The notes under the pieces are model-generated. The model was not told the DNA's origin and did no database searches. It saw nothing but the letters and a program-made list of their open reading frames with translations. From an uncultured Methanoregulaceae archaeon (GTDB lineage Archaea; Halobacteriota; Methanomicrobia; Methanomicrobiales; Methanospirillaceae), in contig OY970061.1 in the NCBI GenBank assembly GCA_963705255.1, positions 2,464,001 through 2,528,000 of the forward strand: a DNA stretch of 64,000 nt, in the 5' to 3' direction. Below, one piece after another: positions 18,108 through 29,517 of the stretch (positions are counted from its first letter, which is position 1; the number at the start of each line of letters is the position of its first letter). The translations under genes and the position numbers were made by a program.

Positions 18108-19118
18108 GTGAAAGCGACATTTGACGGCACATCAATACGCCTCGGGAAGGAAGGGCGCGCACTGTACGAGCAGAGCGGGTACGGGAGGCTGGACCCGCAG
18201 GGACTGCGGCTATCCCCGCAGGAGGCCCTCTACCTTCTCCACCGGCAGAAGATCGCATTCGAAGACTTCACGTTCGACACCCTTTTTGCCGAGTTTGCCG
18301 AAGAGCGCAATTTCCTCCGGAGTTTCCTCGTTTACCGCGACCTCCGCGAGCGGGGGTACGTGGTCCAGACCGGCCCGCACGATTTCCGCGTTTTCCGTCG
18401 CGGCGAGAAACCCGGGACGGGGGAGTCCCTCTACCTCGTCCGCGTCCTCTCGGAGCGCGACCCGATCCGATTCGAGAAGCTGATCGAGGAAGTGGTCGCT
18501 TCGAGGAACATGCGCAAGCAGTACATCCTTGCCGTCGTCGATGATGAGGACGAGCTCACCTATTACGAGATCAAGCTCCAGAAGCTGGCCGGGGCCGGTA
18601 TTCCGTCCCAGCCGCTCTCGCACCATGAGGCGATGCTGGTCGGCAAATCCGCGATGGTCCGGGTTCCCGCACACTCGGATCTCGAACAGGCTGGCTACGG
18701 GAAGCGGCTCGATGCCGAACGCCTTATGCTCTCCCCGGTGGAACTCCTCTATCTGATGGGCGAGAACGTGCTCACGCTCCGCCAGGGCAGTGAGACGATA
18801 AGCACGGCGGACCTCCTCGCGCTTGCCCGGGAGAGCGACCGGGAAGTCGTGGAGAAGCACAAGGTCTATACCGAGCTGCGGGGGCATGACTTCACCCCCA
18901 GGACCGGCTACAAGTTTGGCCACCACTTCCGGGTCTACTGCGGCAGGAATGTCCACTCGGACATGCTGGTCCATGCCGTTGAAAAGGAAGCGGTCATGCC
19001 CATGAGCGTCATCTCGCGGTCGGTGCGGATGGCGCACAGTGTCAAAAAGAAGATGTTGTTTGGGGCTGTACATACTACCGGAATCCAGTTCGTCGAATTT
19101 GCACGGATCAAACTGTGA
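18108..19118 (+). CDS. endA: tRNA splicing endonuclease (alpha2 homodimeric type)
   Basis: Duplicated domain: VYRDLRERGY and GYKFGHHFRVY...VRMAHSVKK. GTG start inferred. Confidence 0.92.
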   Translation: MKATFDGTSIRLGKEGRALYEQSGYGRLDPQGLRLSPQEALYLLHRQKIAFEDFTFDTLFAEFAEERNFLRSFLVYRDLRERGYVVQTGPHDFRVFRRGEKPGTGESLYLVRVLSERDPIRFEKLIEEVVASRNMRKQYILAVVDDEDELTYYEIKLQKLAGAGIPSQPLSHHEAMLVGKSAMVRVPAHSDLEQAGYGKRLDAERLMLSPVELLYLMGENVLTLRQGSETISTADLLALARESDREVVEKHKVYTELRGHDFTPRTGYKFGHHFRVYCGRNVHSDMLVHAVEKEAVMPMSVISRSVRMAHSVKKKMLFGAVHTTGIQFVEFARIKL

Positions 19119-19127
19119 GCGCTCACC

Positions 19128-20384
19128 ATGCAGGAACCTCAGATCAACCCCTGGTCAAGCACCCCGTCCCTCGATATCGGGAAGGCCTTTGCGGATTTTG
19201 GTATCGAGCCCATCGCCCCGGTGATCTCCGATCTTCCTGACATCCCCTATTTCATGCGGCGGGGGATCGTGGTCGGCCACCGGGATTACCTCCCCATCGT
19301 GCAGGCAATCCGCAACCGCATGCCGTTCCATATCCTCACCGGCTTCATGCCGAGCGGCCACCCGCATCTCGGCCACCTCATGGTGATGAAGGAAGTGGTC
19401 TGGCACGTACAGCAGGGCGGCAACGGCTACGTAACCATCGCCGACCGCGAGGCACACGCGGTCCGGGAGATGCCGTGGGAGAAGTGCCGGGAGTACGGGA
19501 AAGAGTACCTCGCCTGCCTGTTTGCTCTCGGATTCGAGGGGCAGACCTATTTCCAGAGCAGGAACGACCGGCTCAAGGACCTTGCGTTCGAGGCTGCCAC
19601 TAAGGTAAATTTCTCGGAACTCGCCGCAATTTATGGTTTTTCTCCAGAGACGGACCTTGCCCATGCAGACAGCGTCATCACGCAGGTCGCTGATATCCTC
19701 TATCCCCAGATCGACCGGGAACCGGCACCGACCGTTGTGCCCGTGGGCGTGGACCAGGACCCGCACATCCGGCTCACCCGGGGGATCGCCCACAAGATGC
19801 GGATGTTCACGGTCGAGGAGCGCGACGGCTACATCAGCGTCCGCTCGAAGAATGCGCCGGACAAGGCGCTGGATGCGGTGAAAAAAGCCTTCCCGCACGC
19901 GAAAAAATACGAGGGGCACGTGGACATCAGGGGGGCACACTGTGCGGACGTGAGCGCGAAGGTCCGGCGGATCGAGCGGGAGTGCGGAGGATATGCCTTT
20001 TACACCCCATCTTCCACATACCATATCTTCATGCCCGGCCTGACCGGTGGCAAGATGTCGAGCAGCATCCCGGAGAGTATCATCTCGTTCTACGAGCCTG
20101 AGGCAGCGGTCAGGAAGAAGGTGATGAGCGGCATCACTGGCGGGAGGATGACGCTCGAGGAGCAGAAGCGGCTCGGAGGCGAACCGGACAAGTGCTCGCT
20201 CTACCTCCTCAACCTCTTCCATATGGTGACGGACGATGCGGAACTTGCGGAAGTCAGGAGGAGATGCGTCTCGGGGGAGATCACCTGCGGGCAGTGCAAG
20301 AAGGAGACCGCGGAGCGGGTCGTGGCCTTCCTGAAAGACTTCCGGGAGAAGATGGACGCGGCAGCAGAGACGATCGAGGTATGA
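19128..20384 (+). CDS. trpS: Tryptophan--tRNA ligase
   Basis: HLGH, PVGVDQDPH and KMSSS motifs. Confidence 0.97.
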   Translation: MQEPQINPWSSTPSLDIGKAFADFGIEPIAPVISDLPDIPYFMRRGIVVGHRDYLPIVQAIRNRMPFHILTGFMPSGHPHLGHLMVMKEVVWHVQQGGNGYVTIADREAHAVREMPWEKCREYGKEYLACLFALGFEGQTYFQSRNDRLKDLAFEAATKVNFSELAAIYGFSPETDLAHADSVITQVADILYPQIDREPAPTVVPVGVDQDPHIRLTRGIAHKMRMFTVEERDGYISVRSKNAPDKALDAVKKAFPHAKKYEGHVDIRGAHCADVSAKVRRIERECGGYAFYTPSSTYHIFMPGLTGGKMSSSIPESIISFYEPEAAVRKKVMSGITGGRMTLEEQKRLGGEPDKCSLYLLNLFHMVTDDAELAEVRRRCVSGEITCGQCKKETAERVVAFLKDFREKMDAAAETIEV

Positions 20385-20385
20385 G

Positions 20386-21828
20386 ATGGCAGAACTGACG
20401 CAGAACGAGAAACGGCTGCTGGAGAAGTTGGCTGAGAAAAATAAAGCGGATGTTCAACAACTTGCGGATGAATTGGATGCGACTCCGGAAGTTGTCGTAC
20501 AGTGGGGGCTGCTCGGAAAGGACCATGGTCTGGCAGATGTCTTACGAGGCGTTAAAAAAACTCTGGAATATACTGAAGAAGGAAGGAACTATTTAGAAAA
20601 TGGCCTTCCCGAGACGCAGATTCTGACTGCAATAGGTAATTGCACCACTCTCTCCGCATTACAGAAACACCCGGCTTTCAAGATTGGTTTCGGGCAGCTC
20701 CGGAAAAAAGGCCTTATTACCGTGACCGAAGGCAATGTCACTAAAGTTTCAGGTGCTTCGACTGAAAAAGATGAATCTGCACTAAAAAACCGAGATAACA
20801 ATAACCCTCTTATAAAGGATCTTATAAAACGAGGCCTTTTGCAGGAAACTGAAAAGGTTCAGTATACTCTGTCTATCACTGAAGCAGGGACCTTAAAAGT
20901 CAAACAAGGGCTCGACCTCCGCGAAGAGACCGGCACCCTCACCCGCGAGCAGATCATATCGGGTGAGTGGAAGAACGCGAAATTCCGCAAATATGACGTG
21001 ACCAAACTCCCGAGAAAGGCGTATCCCGGCAAACTCCACCCCTACCAGCGGATCATTGCCGAGATGCGGGAGATCCTTCTCGACATGGGATTCACCGAAC
21101 TCTACGGCAGCATCGTCCAGCAGTCTTACTGGAACTTCGACGCCCTGTTCCAGCCGCAGGACCACCCAGCCCGCGAGATGCAGGACACCTTCTACCTCGG
21201 CGAGACTTTGCCGCTGCCAGCAGGGTACGAGCGGGTCAAGGCCATGCACGAGTCGGGCGGGGAGACGTCCTCAACCGGCTGGGGAGGTACTTGGAAGGAG
21301 GCGAAGGCCGAGCAGTGCGTGCTGCGGACGCACACGACCAGCCTCTCCATCCAGCACCTTGCAGAGAACCCCAATCCCCCGGTCAAGGCCTTCTGCATCG
21401 GCAGGGTCTACCGGCGCGAGACGATCGACACCACCCACCTTGCCGAGTTCGAGCAGCTCGAGGGGATCGTGATGGACGAGGGTGTCCATTTCGGGAACCT
21501 TCTCGGGATCCTCCGAGAGTTCTACCACCGCATGGGATTCGAGGGCGTGCGGTTCAAGCCATCCTATTACCCATATACCGAACCGAGCCTCGACGCTGAA
21601 GTCTATGTCGACGGCATCGGCTGGATTGAAATGGGGGGAGCGGGCGTCTTCCGCGAGGAGGTCACCGCGCCGTTCGGCATCCAGTACCCTGTCCTCGCGT
21701 GGGGGCTCGGGGTGAGCCGGATCGCCATGCTCCGCCTCGGCCTCAAGGACCTGCGTCACCTCCACCGCAGCGATGTCGCGTTCCTCCGGGAGACCCCGGC
21801 CTACCGGCGGCCATTGGGAGGCGCCTGA
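20386..21828 (+). CDS. pheS: Phenylalanine--tRNA ligase alpha subunit
   Basis: [29 protein letters not shown] and AWGLG. Confidence 0.97.
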   Translation: MAELTQNEKRLLEKLAEKNKADVQQLADELDATPEVVVQWGLLGKDHGLADVLRGVKKTLEYTEEGRNYLENGLPETQILTAIGNCTTLSALQKHPAFKIGFGQLRKKGLITVTEGNVTKVSGASTEKDESALKNRDNNNPLIKDLIKRGLLQETEKVQYTLSITEAGTLKVKQGLDLREETGTLTREQIISGEWKNAKFRKYDVTKLPRKAYPGKLHPYQRIIAEMREILLDMGFTELYGSIVQQSYWNFDALFQPQDHPAREMQDTFYLGETLPLPAGYERVKAMHESGGETSSTGWGGTWKEAKAEQCVLRTHTTSLSIQHLAENPNPPVKAFCIGRVYRRETIDTTHLAEFEQLEGIVMDEGVHFGNLLGILREFYHRMGFEGVRFKPSYYPYTEPSLDAEVYVDGIGWIEMGGAGVFREEVTAPFGIQYPVLAWGLGVSRIAMLRLGLKDLRHLHRSDVAFLRETPAYRRPLGGA

Positions 21829-23456
21829 TGGCAGTCATATCCCTCCCCTACCGCTACCTTGAGCGCCTCACCCGGATCGACCGGAAAGCGATCCTCGATA
21901 AGGTTGCCCTCATCGGTTCGGACGTGGAGCGGATCGAGGAAGACCATGCAGACGTGGAGTTCTTCCCGGACCGCCCCGACCTCTTCTCGCCGGAAGGTGT
22001 GGCGCGGGCCATGCGGGGTTTTCTCGGGATCGAGAGTGGCCTGCCCTCGTACCCGGTCAGGCCCTCGGGGATCTCCTTCACGGTCGACCCGGCCCTTGCG
22101 GATATCCGCCCGGTCCTCGGGGCGGCCGTCATCCGCGGGGTCTCCTTCGACGACGAATCGATCCAGAGCATCATGGCCCTGCAGGAATCACTCCACTGGG
22201 CGGTCGGGCGGGGCAGGTCCAAGGTCGCGATCGGGATCCATGACCTCGACACCGTGAAGCCCCCTTTCCACTACATCGCGTCGCGCCGCAGCCGGAAGTT
22301 CATCCCGCTCGACTTCACCGAAAAGATGAGCCTGGACGAGATCCTCGAAAAGCACCCGAAGGGAAGGGACTATGCAAAGATCGTGAAGGACTTCCCCCTC
22401 TTCCCGCTGATTGTCGACGACGACGACCATGTCCTGTCGTTCCCTCCTATTATCAACGGCGAGCGGACGCGGGTGACTCTCGATACGAAGAACATCCTCC
22501 TCGATACGACCGGGACCGACAAACGGGCAGTCGGGGTTGCCGTGAATATCATCTGTACCGCGATGGCCGAGGCCGGGGCAAGGATTGAGAGTGTCGAGAT
22601 CAACAGTATCCAGACTCCGACCCTGGCGCCCGTGGAGAGGACGGTGAGCGTCAGGGAGTGCTCCGCCCTGCTCGGCATCGACCTGACGGCGTCCTCGATG
22701 GCAGCACTCCTCGGAAAGATGCGGTTCGGTGCACAGCCCGATGGCACCGACCGGCTGACGGTTCAGGTCCCCTGCTACCGTGCGGACATTATGCACGACT
22801 GGGACATCTTCGAAGACGTTGCAATCGCGTACGGGTATGAAAACCTCCAGGCAATGCCGCCTGCAACATTCACGGTCGGGAAACCCAACCCGGTGCAGAT
22901 GTATGCGAATATCGCGCGTGATATCTTCTGCGGCCTCGGGTACCTTGAGGTGATGCCGTTCACCTTAACAAACGAGGACACCCTCTTCAAAAAGATGCGT
23001 CGGCCGGAGGTCCCCGGGGTCCTGCATGTGCTCCACCCGATCAGCATCGAGAACACCGTTGTCAGGACGGACCTGGTGCCCCTGCTCCTCGAATTCCTGG
23101 CCCTGAACCGGCACCGCGAACTTCCCCAGCGCCTCTTCACGGTCGGCGACGTGGTGGAGCGCTGTGCCACCCACCAGCAGGCGGCCGGTGTCAGCACGCA
23201 CCCCGATGCGGACTTCTCGGAAGCATATGCGTGCGCCGATGCAGTCCTGCACGAGCTCTCTATTGCCTACACGGTGAAAGAGTCTGAAGACCCGGCCTTC
23301 ATCAAAGGCAGGAGAGCGGATATCATCGTCGCCGGTAAAAAAGCAGGGGTTCTCGGGGAGATCCATCCTGCAGTGCTGAACGCCTTTGAACTGGAACACT
23401 CCGTGGCAGCGTTCGAGCTCGATCTCAGAGCCGTACCGGGATACCCCGCCCTTTGA
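21828..23456 (+). CDS. pheT: Phenylalanine--tRNA ligase beta subunit
   Basis: [28 protein letters not shown] and GEIHP; TGATG overlap with pheS. Confidence 0.96.
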   Translation: MAVISLPYRYLERLTRIDRKAILDKVALIGSDVERIEEDHADVEFFPDRPDLFSPEGVARAMRGFLGIESGLPSYPVRPSGISFTVDPALADIRPVLGAAVIRGVSFDDESIQSIMALQESLHWAVGRGRSKVAIGIHDLDTVKPPFHYIASRRSRKFIPLDFTEKMSLDEILEKHPKGRDYAKIVKDFPLFPLIVDDDDHVLSFPPIINGERTRVTLDTKNILLDTTGTDKRAVGVAVNIICTAMAEAGARIESVEINSIQTPTLAPVERTVSVRECSALLGIDLTASSMAALLGKMRFGAQPDGTDRLTVQVPCYRADIMHDWDIFEDVAIAYGYENLQAMPPATFTVGKPNPVQMYANIARDIFCGLGYLEVMPFTLTNEDTLFKKMRRPEVPGVLHVLHPISIENTVVRTDLVPLLLEFLALNRHRELPQRLFTVGDVVERCATHQQAAGVSTHPDADFSEAYACADAVLHELSIAYTVKESEDPAFIKGRRADIIVAGKKAGVLGEIHPAVLNAFELEHSVAAFELDLRAVPGYPAL

Positions 23457-24230
23457 GATACTCTTTTACGTCCCTGACCGTGAATTCCCCGTAGTGGAAG
23501 ACGCTTGCGGCAAGGCAGGCATCGGCTTTTCCCTTTACAAAACCGTCGTAGAAATGCCCGAGCGTGCCGACTCCGCCGCTCGCGATCACCGGGATCCCGG
23601 CGGCATCGGAAATGGCCGAGGTGATCGCGATATCGAAACCGTTCTTCGTGCCGTCGGTCTCCATGCTGGTGAGCAGGATCTCGCCCGCCCCGCGCTCTTC
23701 CGCCTCCTGTGCCCAGGCGACGGCATCGATGCCGGTCGGCCTGCTCCCGCCATAAATCACCACTTCGTACCAGCACTGCGTCCCGTCTTCGAGAAAAACG
23801 GGGATCGCTTCCGGGTTGGGCGTGAAGCTCCGGCGGACGTCCATTGCGACGACAATGCACTGCGTCCCGAACGCCTCCGCCCCCCGGGTGATGAGGGCGG
23901 GGTCATGGACCGCGCTCGTGTTGACACTCACTTTGTCCGCGCCGGCCCGGAGGATCTGCTGGATATCCTCAAGGGACCTGAGTCCGCCGCCGACAGTAAG
24001 CGGGAGGAAGAGCTGGTCTGCTGCCCGCTGTATCAGGTCGATGATGATGCCCCGCTTCTCCTTCGACGCGGTGATATCGAGAAAGACCACTTCGTCCGCG
24101 CCCTGGTCGTTGTACCTCCCGGCAAGTTCGACCGGGTCGCCGGCGTCCTGAGCCCGAGGAAATTCGTGCCTTTCACCACCCTGCCGTTCTTGAGGTCGAG
24201 GCAGGGAATGATCCGTCGCGTGAGCACCAT
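23425..24230 (-). CDS. hisF: Imidazole glycerol phosphate synthase cyclase subunit (1-nt deletion at about 24147)
   Basis: [43 protein letters not shown] and PVIASGG. Confidence 0.92.
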
Positions 24231-24389
24231 GGGTACAGAATCTGGGCGTGCAACCCCTATCTATATTTCCACACGGTGGTTTTGTACGCGTTCACGGGCC
24301 TTCACGGAGTTTTTATCTGATATGGGGTGCTTACTCATAGGGTAATCAGTACCGGGGACCTGCGGGTCGTTCCGGATACGAGGATGTTC

Positions 24390-25616
24390 ATGAGTTCAGG
24401 GATGCTGAAGATCGAATGGGCGGCGCAGTACATGCCGGTGCTTGCCGCGATACGAAAGCAGTTTGAGAAGGAGAAGCCCTTTGCCGGCATGACGATCGGC
24501 ATGGCCCTCCATGTCGAAGCCAAGACTGCCAATCTCGTTACTACCCTCGCGGCAGGCGGAGCCGTAGTACATATAACCGGGTGCAACCCGCTCTCCACGC
24601 AGGACGACGTTGCCGAAGCACTCAATACCGTAAAAAATGTCCACTGCTATGCCAGGCGTGCCTGCACGGTTGAGGAATATTACGAAGCGATCAACAGGGT
24701 CCTTGACGCACGACCGGTCATCACCATCGATGACGGGATGGACCTGATCCATTACATCCATACGAAACGGCGTGACCTCATAAAGAAGGTGATCGGCGGC
24801 TGTGAAGAGACGACCACCGGCATCCACCGCCTCCGCTCCATGGCTGCGGAAGGCAAGCTCGAGTTCCCGGTGGTCGCAGTGAACGACACCCCGATGAAAC
24901 GGTTCTTTGACAATGTCCACGGCACCGGGGAGAGCGCTCTCACCTCGATCATGATCACGACCAATACCCTCATCGCCGGGAAGTACGTGGTGATTGCCGG
25001 GTACGGGTACTGCGGCAGGGGGCTTGCAAAGAAGGCCCACGGCCTCGGGGCAAAGGTCATCGTCACCGAAGTCGACCCGCGGCGGGCCCTCGAGGCGCAC
25101 ATGGACGGGTATTCCGTCATGACGATGGAGAATGCTGCAGCGCTTGGGGACATCTTCATCACGACCACCGGCAACACCAGCGTCATCAACGGAAAGCACT
25201 TCAAAAAGTTAAAAGAAGGTGCCATCCTCTCCAATGCCGGCCACTTCAACGTGGAGATCGACATGGGGTGGCTCCACGACCATGCGGACAATGTTGTCCA
25301 GCGCGAGGGTATCGAGACCTTCATGCTGAAAGGAAAAGCAGTCCACGTGCTTGCCGAGGGGAGACTCGTCAACCTAGCGACCCCGAAGGGCATGGGGCAT
25401 CCCATCGAAGTGATGGACCTGAGTTTTGCGCTCCAGGCGCTCTGCGCCCGCTATATTGCAAAGTCGGGCAAAAAACTCAAGGGCGGGGTCTACGATGTCC
25501 CGCAGGAGATCGACGAAGAGGTCGCAAACCGGAAGCTCTCGTCGCTCGGGCTCTCCATCGATTCGATGACAAAAGAGCAGAAAAAATATCTCTGCAGCTG
25601 GGATATCGGGACGTAA
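24390..25616 (+). CDS. ahcY: Adenosylhomocysteinase
   Basis: CNPLSTQDD, EETTTG, FDNVHGTGES, GYGYCGRG and GHPIEVMDLSF. Confidence 0.97.
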   Translation: MSSGMLKIEWAAQYMPVLAAIRKQFEKEKPFAGMTIGMALHVEAKTANLVTTLAAGGAVVHITGCNPLSTQDDVAEALNTVKNVHCYARRACTVEEYYEAINRVLDARPVITIDDGMDLIHYIHTKRRDLIKKVIGGCEETTTGIHRLRSMAAEGKLEFPVVAVNDTPMKRFFDNVHGTGESALTSIMITTNTLIAGKYVVIAGYGYCGRGLAKKAHGLGAKVIVTEVDPRRALEAHMDGYSVMTMENAAALGDIFITTTGNTSVINGKHFKKLKEGAILSNAGHFNVEIDMGWLHDHADNVVQREGIETFMLKGKAVHVLAEGRLVNLATPKGMGHPIEVMDLSFALQALCARYIAKSGKKLKGGVYDVPQEIDEEVANRKLSSLGLSIDSMTKEQKKYLCSWDIGT

Positions 25617-25886
25617 TTGTATTGGAATTTTATAAAAACATCCGCGTGTTTCATTCCGGGGCTTGTCCATCACTCAGGTGACCTCGTAATTCTCACCCCC
25701 CGCCCACGCGATCCGATCGCGATATTCAGCCATTGCCACTTCCGGACCTGACAATTTTTTTTAAAATGATTTCTACAGAGCCAATTTTTTAGCAATATTC
25801 ACCGTTGTTGATTATGTACTACTGTTAAAAAATCCTGAACTGTGAAGCCGCAGGTGCAGCTCCCGAGAGCGGATTATGTCCATGAT

Positions 25887-26735
25887 TCACCCCTCCCTCG
25901 CCGCGTACAGGTATTCCTGTGCATACCCGCAGTATTCCCCGAAATGATCGCGTGCAAAGCGGCGGATGATATCGTATTCCCAGCCGGTGAGGGCAGAACC
26001 GGTGCTTAACGTTGGGAGATAATGCTTTTGCATGATCCGGCGGATCCAGACATCTACCGGGAAGGCCTCGTATTTCCGGAACGCGAAGAGGAGGATACAG
26101 TCTGCCGCTTTCGGCCCGACGCCGGAAAGTTTCATGAGAGCCCGACGGGCATCCTCGCAGGGCATGGCCGCGATCGAGGTCTCCCAGCTCTTTACGTCGG
26201 CAATATCGCAGGCAGTACGGAAAACATACGGCCGGCGGTACCCGAGCCGGCAGTCCGCGAGTGCGTCGTTTCCGGAACAGGACAGGGCGCCCGGTTCCGG
26301 GAATGTGTAATAGACCCTGTCTTCAAATGTCACCTCTTTTCCGAACTTTTCGGCGATCGTTGCGATCCGCCGGCGGATCATGGGGATATTGGAGTTGGTG
26401 GAGCAGATATACGACATGAGGCATTCCCAGGGAGGCTGCCAGATAAGCCGCAGGCCCCGGAACCGCTCTATCGCAGTATGAATGAATGGGTCGCGGTCGA
26501 TTGCCGAAAGGATCGACCTGAGATCCAGGTCAAGGGAGAAATAGTCCCGGATGAACTCTCCCGTTGCACCCTCAAACGAGAGATGAGGGCCATCCTGCCG
26601 TATCCGGATGACGTGGCTGCCAACGATACCATACCAGGTCCCATCGTCAATGCGGTCCCAGCGGAAGACCTGGCCGCAGGCAAGGGTCTGGTCCAGAGAG
26701 AACGGCTGGTCCGGGGAAAGGGTAATGACAGGCAT
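25887..26735 (-). CDS. 8-oxoguanine DNA glycosylase (OGG1-like, HhH-GPD)
   Basis: TLACGQVFRW, SYICSTNSNI, GVGPKAADC, AFPVDVW and GYAQEYLY. Confidence 0.9.
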   Translation of the reverse strand: MPVITLSPDQPFSLDQTLACGQVFRWDRIDDGTWYGIVGSHVIRIRQDGPHLSFEGATGEFIRDYFSLDLDLRSILSAIDRDPFIHTAIERFRGLRLIWQPPWECLMSYICSTNSNIPMIRRRIATIAEKFGKEVTFEDRVYYTFPEPGALSCSGNDALADCRLGYRRPYVFRTACDIADVKSWETSIAAMPCEDARRALMKLSGVGPKAADCILLFAFRKYEAFPVDVWIRRIMQKHYLPTLSTGSALTGWEYDIIRRFARDHFGEYCGYAQEYLYAAREG

Positions 26736-26905
26736 GGGTTTCTGATCCGGAACTATCTTTAGTACCTCCCCTATTGGGGTTTAGGGAATTTAATCCCGCG
26801 TTGAGGGCAGGAAATTCCGGAGAAAGGCTGCGTGGACACTGGATCACAAAATAGTTTCGCATTGGAACGAATAGCCTTTTAATATATAAATCAATAGTTC
26901 TTCTC

Positions 26906-27235
26906 ATGGAATTGACAGAAATCCTGAAAACATTTATTGAGGAAGGGCAGGACTGGGAGCGCAAACAGACGTCGGTGAAAGGTGTTTCCATCATCCGGCT
27001 CCCGGCGACCAAGAACCGTGCGGCCTCCCTTGCAATCGATATCAACCCTATCGGCGACAACGGTCTCCCGATGAAGAAAAAAGGCATCATGATCATGAAC
27101 CGCGCCGAAATTGCTGCATTCAGGACGGCGTTCAACAATGAAAAAGTCGACGGCCTGGTTGCAGCTCTCGAAGAAGTCCTGCCTGAACGCAAGACCTCAG
27201 GAAAACCTGCAAAGGCAGATGTCCTGCAGATTTAA
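26906..27235 (+). CDS. Hypothetical protein, PC4/YdbC-like ssDNA-binding candidate
   Basis: LAIDINP.GDNGLPMKKKGIMI.N.AE resembles the PC4 idIR...g..p.kKGIsl motif; TATA about 22 nt upstream. Confidence 0.6.
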   Translation: MELTEILKTFIEEGQDWERKQTSVKGVSIIRLPATKNRAASLAIDINPIGDNGLPMKKKGIMIMNRAEIAAFRTAFNNEKVDGLVAALEEVLPERKTSGKPAKADVLQI

Positions 27236-27265
27236 CGTCCCCGGATGCGAATTCCCGACTGAGGA

Positions 27266-27757
27266 GTGATACGTATCAGGAACTGGATAGCGGCGTGTGT
27301 AATTTTTCTTGTAGCAGCAGCAATCGTGTCCGGATGTCTTGGAGTGAAGACACCGTCGGTGTCCCGGGCAACCCCCCCCGCGATACTGGTGGATTATCTG
27401 CGCACCGGCGGAGTTGCAGGTCTGGATGAGAGGCTCGTCGTATTCGACAATGGGGTTGCGGCCTTCTCGGGCAAGGATGTAAATAAAGAGATACCGATCA
27501 ACCAGACTGAGCTTGAAACTCTCTCCAGTCTCTTCGACCAGGCACAGTTCTCGATGCTCGAGAACAATTATACGTCCCATCGCCACGGGGCTGATTTTAT
27601 ACACTATACCATAAGCTATCACGGGAAGACGGTGAATACCGAGGATTCCGCTGTGCCTCCTGCACTCCAGCCGCTGATTGATGAATTGAACCGCATCATT
27701 CTTACCGGCCAGGAGCAGGAACTGGGGGCGCGGCAGTTTGCGAACCTCTACACGTAA
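27266..27757 (+). CDS. Lipoprotein with emfourin-like (M4 protease inhibitor-like) motif
   Basis: SGC lipobox; VDYLRTGGVAG and ADFIHYTI motifs. Confidence 0.55.
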   Translation: MIRIRNWIAACVIFLVAAAIVSGCLGVKTPSVSRATPPAILVDYLRTGGVAGLDERLVVFDNGVAAFSGKDVNKEIPINQTELETLSSLFDQAQFSMLENNYTSHRHGADFIHYTISYHGKTVNTEDSAVPPALQPLIDELNRIILTGQEQELGARQFANLYT

Positions 27758-27811
27758 CCGTTACGTGGGGATTCCCCGCAAGGCTGTTTCGTGGTACAGA
27801 GGAGGAAAGAA

Positions 27812-28603
27812 CTAGGAACTCCACTCTTTTCTGCGTTGACGCATTCACGGAAAAACCGGGTTCAGGAAATCCCGCCGGCGTCTGCATGCTCTCAGAGCTG
27901 GCGGATTTATTGTGGATTCGGGCAGTGGCACGGGAGATGAACCTGTCCGAAACTGCATTTATCGTCCCGGAGCACGACGGATTCGATCTTCGCTGGTTCA
28001 CTCCCCGGGTCAAGGTGGAGCTCTGCGGGATGCCACGCTTGCATCGGCCCACGTCCTGTGGCAGCAGAGGTACCTGGGCACCGGAGAGTGTGCCCGTTTC
28101 TTCACGAAGAGCGGCACGCTCACGGCAGAATTGAACGGCGACTGGATCGCCATGGACTTTCCGGACGAGTCGGACCAGCCCGCACCGGCACCCCCCGGCC
28201 TTGCAGATGCTCTTGGCATCCGGCCCCGGTATGTCGGGAAAAACCGGTTCGATTACGTGGTTGAAACAGGATCGGAACGGGAAGTCAGGGATATACGGCC
28301 TGATTTCAGGTGTCTTGCTGAAGTTCCCGCCCGGGGTATTATTGTAACTGCCCCGGTGGATCCCGGACACGTTGATTTTGTCAGCCATTTTTTTGCCCTT
28401 GCTGTCGGTGTGGATGAGGATCCTGTTACCGGTTCGGGCCACTGCTGCCTTGGTCCGTTCTGGGAAAAAGGCTGCACAAAAACGAGTTCCTTGCGCACCA
28501 GGTGTCTGAACGGAGTGGTGTGCTCAGCGTAAGGATAGGCGCAACCAGCGGGTTCTGATCTGCGGGCAGGCGGTAACGATCTGGCGGGGTGTCCCGCTCA
28601 TCT
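27812..28603 (+). pseudogene. PhzF-family epimerase pseudogene
   Basis: VDAF...GNPAGV, EMNLSETAF, LRWFTP..VELCG|ATLASAH and EDPVTGS.HC. No start after GAGGAGG; frameshifts at about 28030 and 28470. Confidence 0.75.
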
Positions 28604-28616
28604 GACCGCAAAAAGG

Positions 28617-29510
28617 TTATTTGTTCTCGTACATGCAGGACTGGACGTCGTGCCCGAGCTTGCCGATCGCGTCCGCGCGACAACGCTGGCAGTGCCGCAT
28701 CTGCCTGACATATTTCCCGCACTCGTCCTGCATCTTCCTCTTCATCTCTGGGGTCGGCGGGGTGATATTGGCGAACTTGTACTGGGCTATCAGCGGGATG
28801 AGGTTGAAGGTATAGACCCCCATCTCCCCGACTTTTTTGGCGATCGCGGGGATGTGGTTCTCATTGATCCCGGGGATATAGACCGTATTGATCTTGACGA
28901 TCATGTGCCGTTTGACCGCCTCCTCGATCCCTTTCAGCTGCTGGGAGAGGAGGAGTTTTGCCGCTTCTATGCCTTCGTACCGTTTCCCCTTGTAATCCAC
29001 GAACTGGTAGATTTTTGCGCCAATCTCCGGGTCGATCGCGTTGAGGGTTACCGTGATATTTCCGACATCGTATTTCTGCAGGAGATCGATCTTGTCAGGG
29101 AGGAGAAGCCCGTTAGTGCTTATACATTTGATCACGCTGGGGTACTGTTCATGAAGCCTGCGGAGCGTCTCGAACGTCTCTTCGTTTGCCAGGGGGTCGC
29201 CGGGCCCGGCAATACCCACGACCTTGATGTAATTGTATTTTTCCACCACTTTTTTGACCATCTCCATGGACTCGTCCGGGTTGAGGATCCGGGTGGTGAC
29301 CCCCGGGCGGCTCTCGTTGACGCAGTCGAAATCCCGGATGCAGTAATTGCACTGGATATTGCATTTGGGTGCAACGGGTAGGTGGCACCTGCCGAAGCTG
29401 TGACACGCCTTTTCAGAAAAGCAGGGGTGCTCCTGTATTTTGCGCATCTGCGCCGGGTCCCACTGGACTTTTTTGCCTTGGACGTCTGCGATCCTTACTT
29501 CATCAGACAT
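28617..29510 (-). CDS. nifB: NifB radical SAM protein (short archaeal type without NifX domain)
   Basis: HPCF, HLPVAPKCNIQCNYC.R.FDC.NESRPG, GIAGPGDPLAN and HCQRCRADA. Confidence 0.93.
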   Translation of the reverse strand: MSDEVRIADVQGKKVQWDPAQMRKIQEHPCFSEKACHSFGRCHLPVAPKCNIQCNYCIRDFDCVNESRPGVTTRILNPDESMEMVKKVVEKYNYIKVVGIAGPGDPLANEETFETLRRLHEQYPSVIKCISTNGLLLPDKIDLLQKYDVGNITVTLNAIDPEIGAKIYQFVDYKGKRYEGIEAAKLLLSQQLKGIEEAVKRHMIVKINTVYIPGINENHIPAIAKKVGEMGVYTFNLIPLIAQYKFANITPPTPEMKRKMQDECGKYVRQMRHCQRCRADAIGKLGHDVQSCMYENK

Positions 29511-29517
29511 ATACAAC

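Noticed and set aside
23425-23456. Convergent 32-bp overlap of pheT and hisF
   Set aside because: Short tail-to-tail overlaps are ordinary in compact archaeal genomes.
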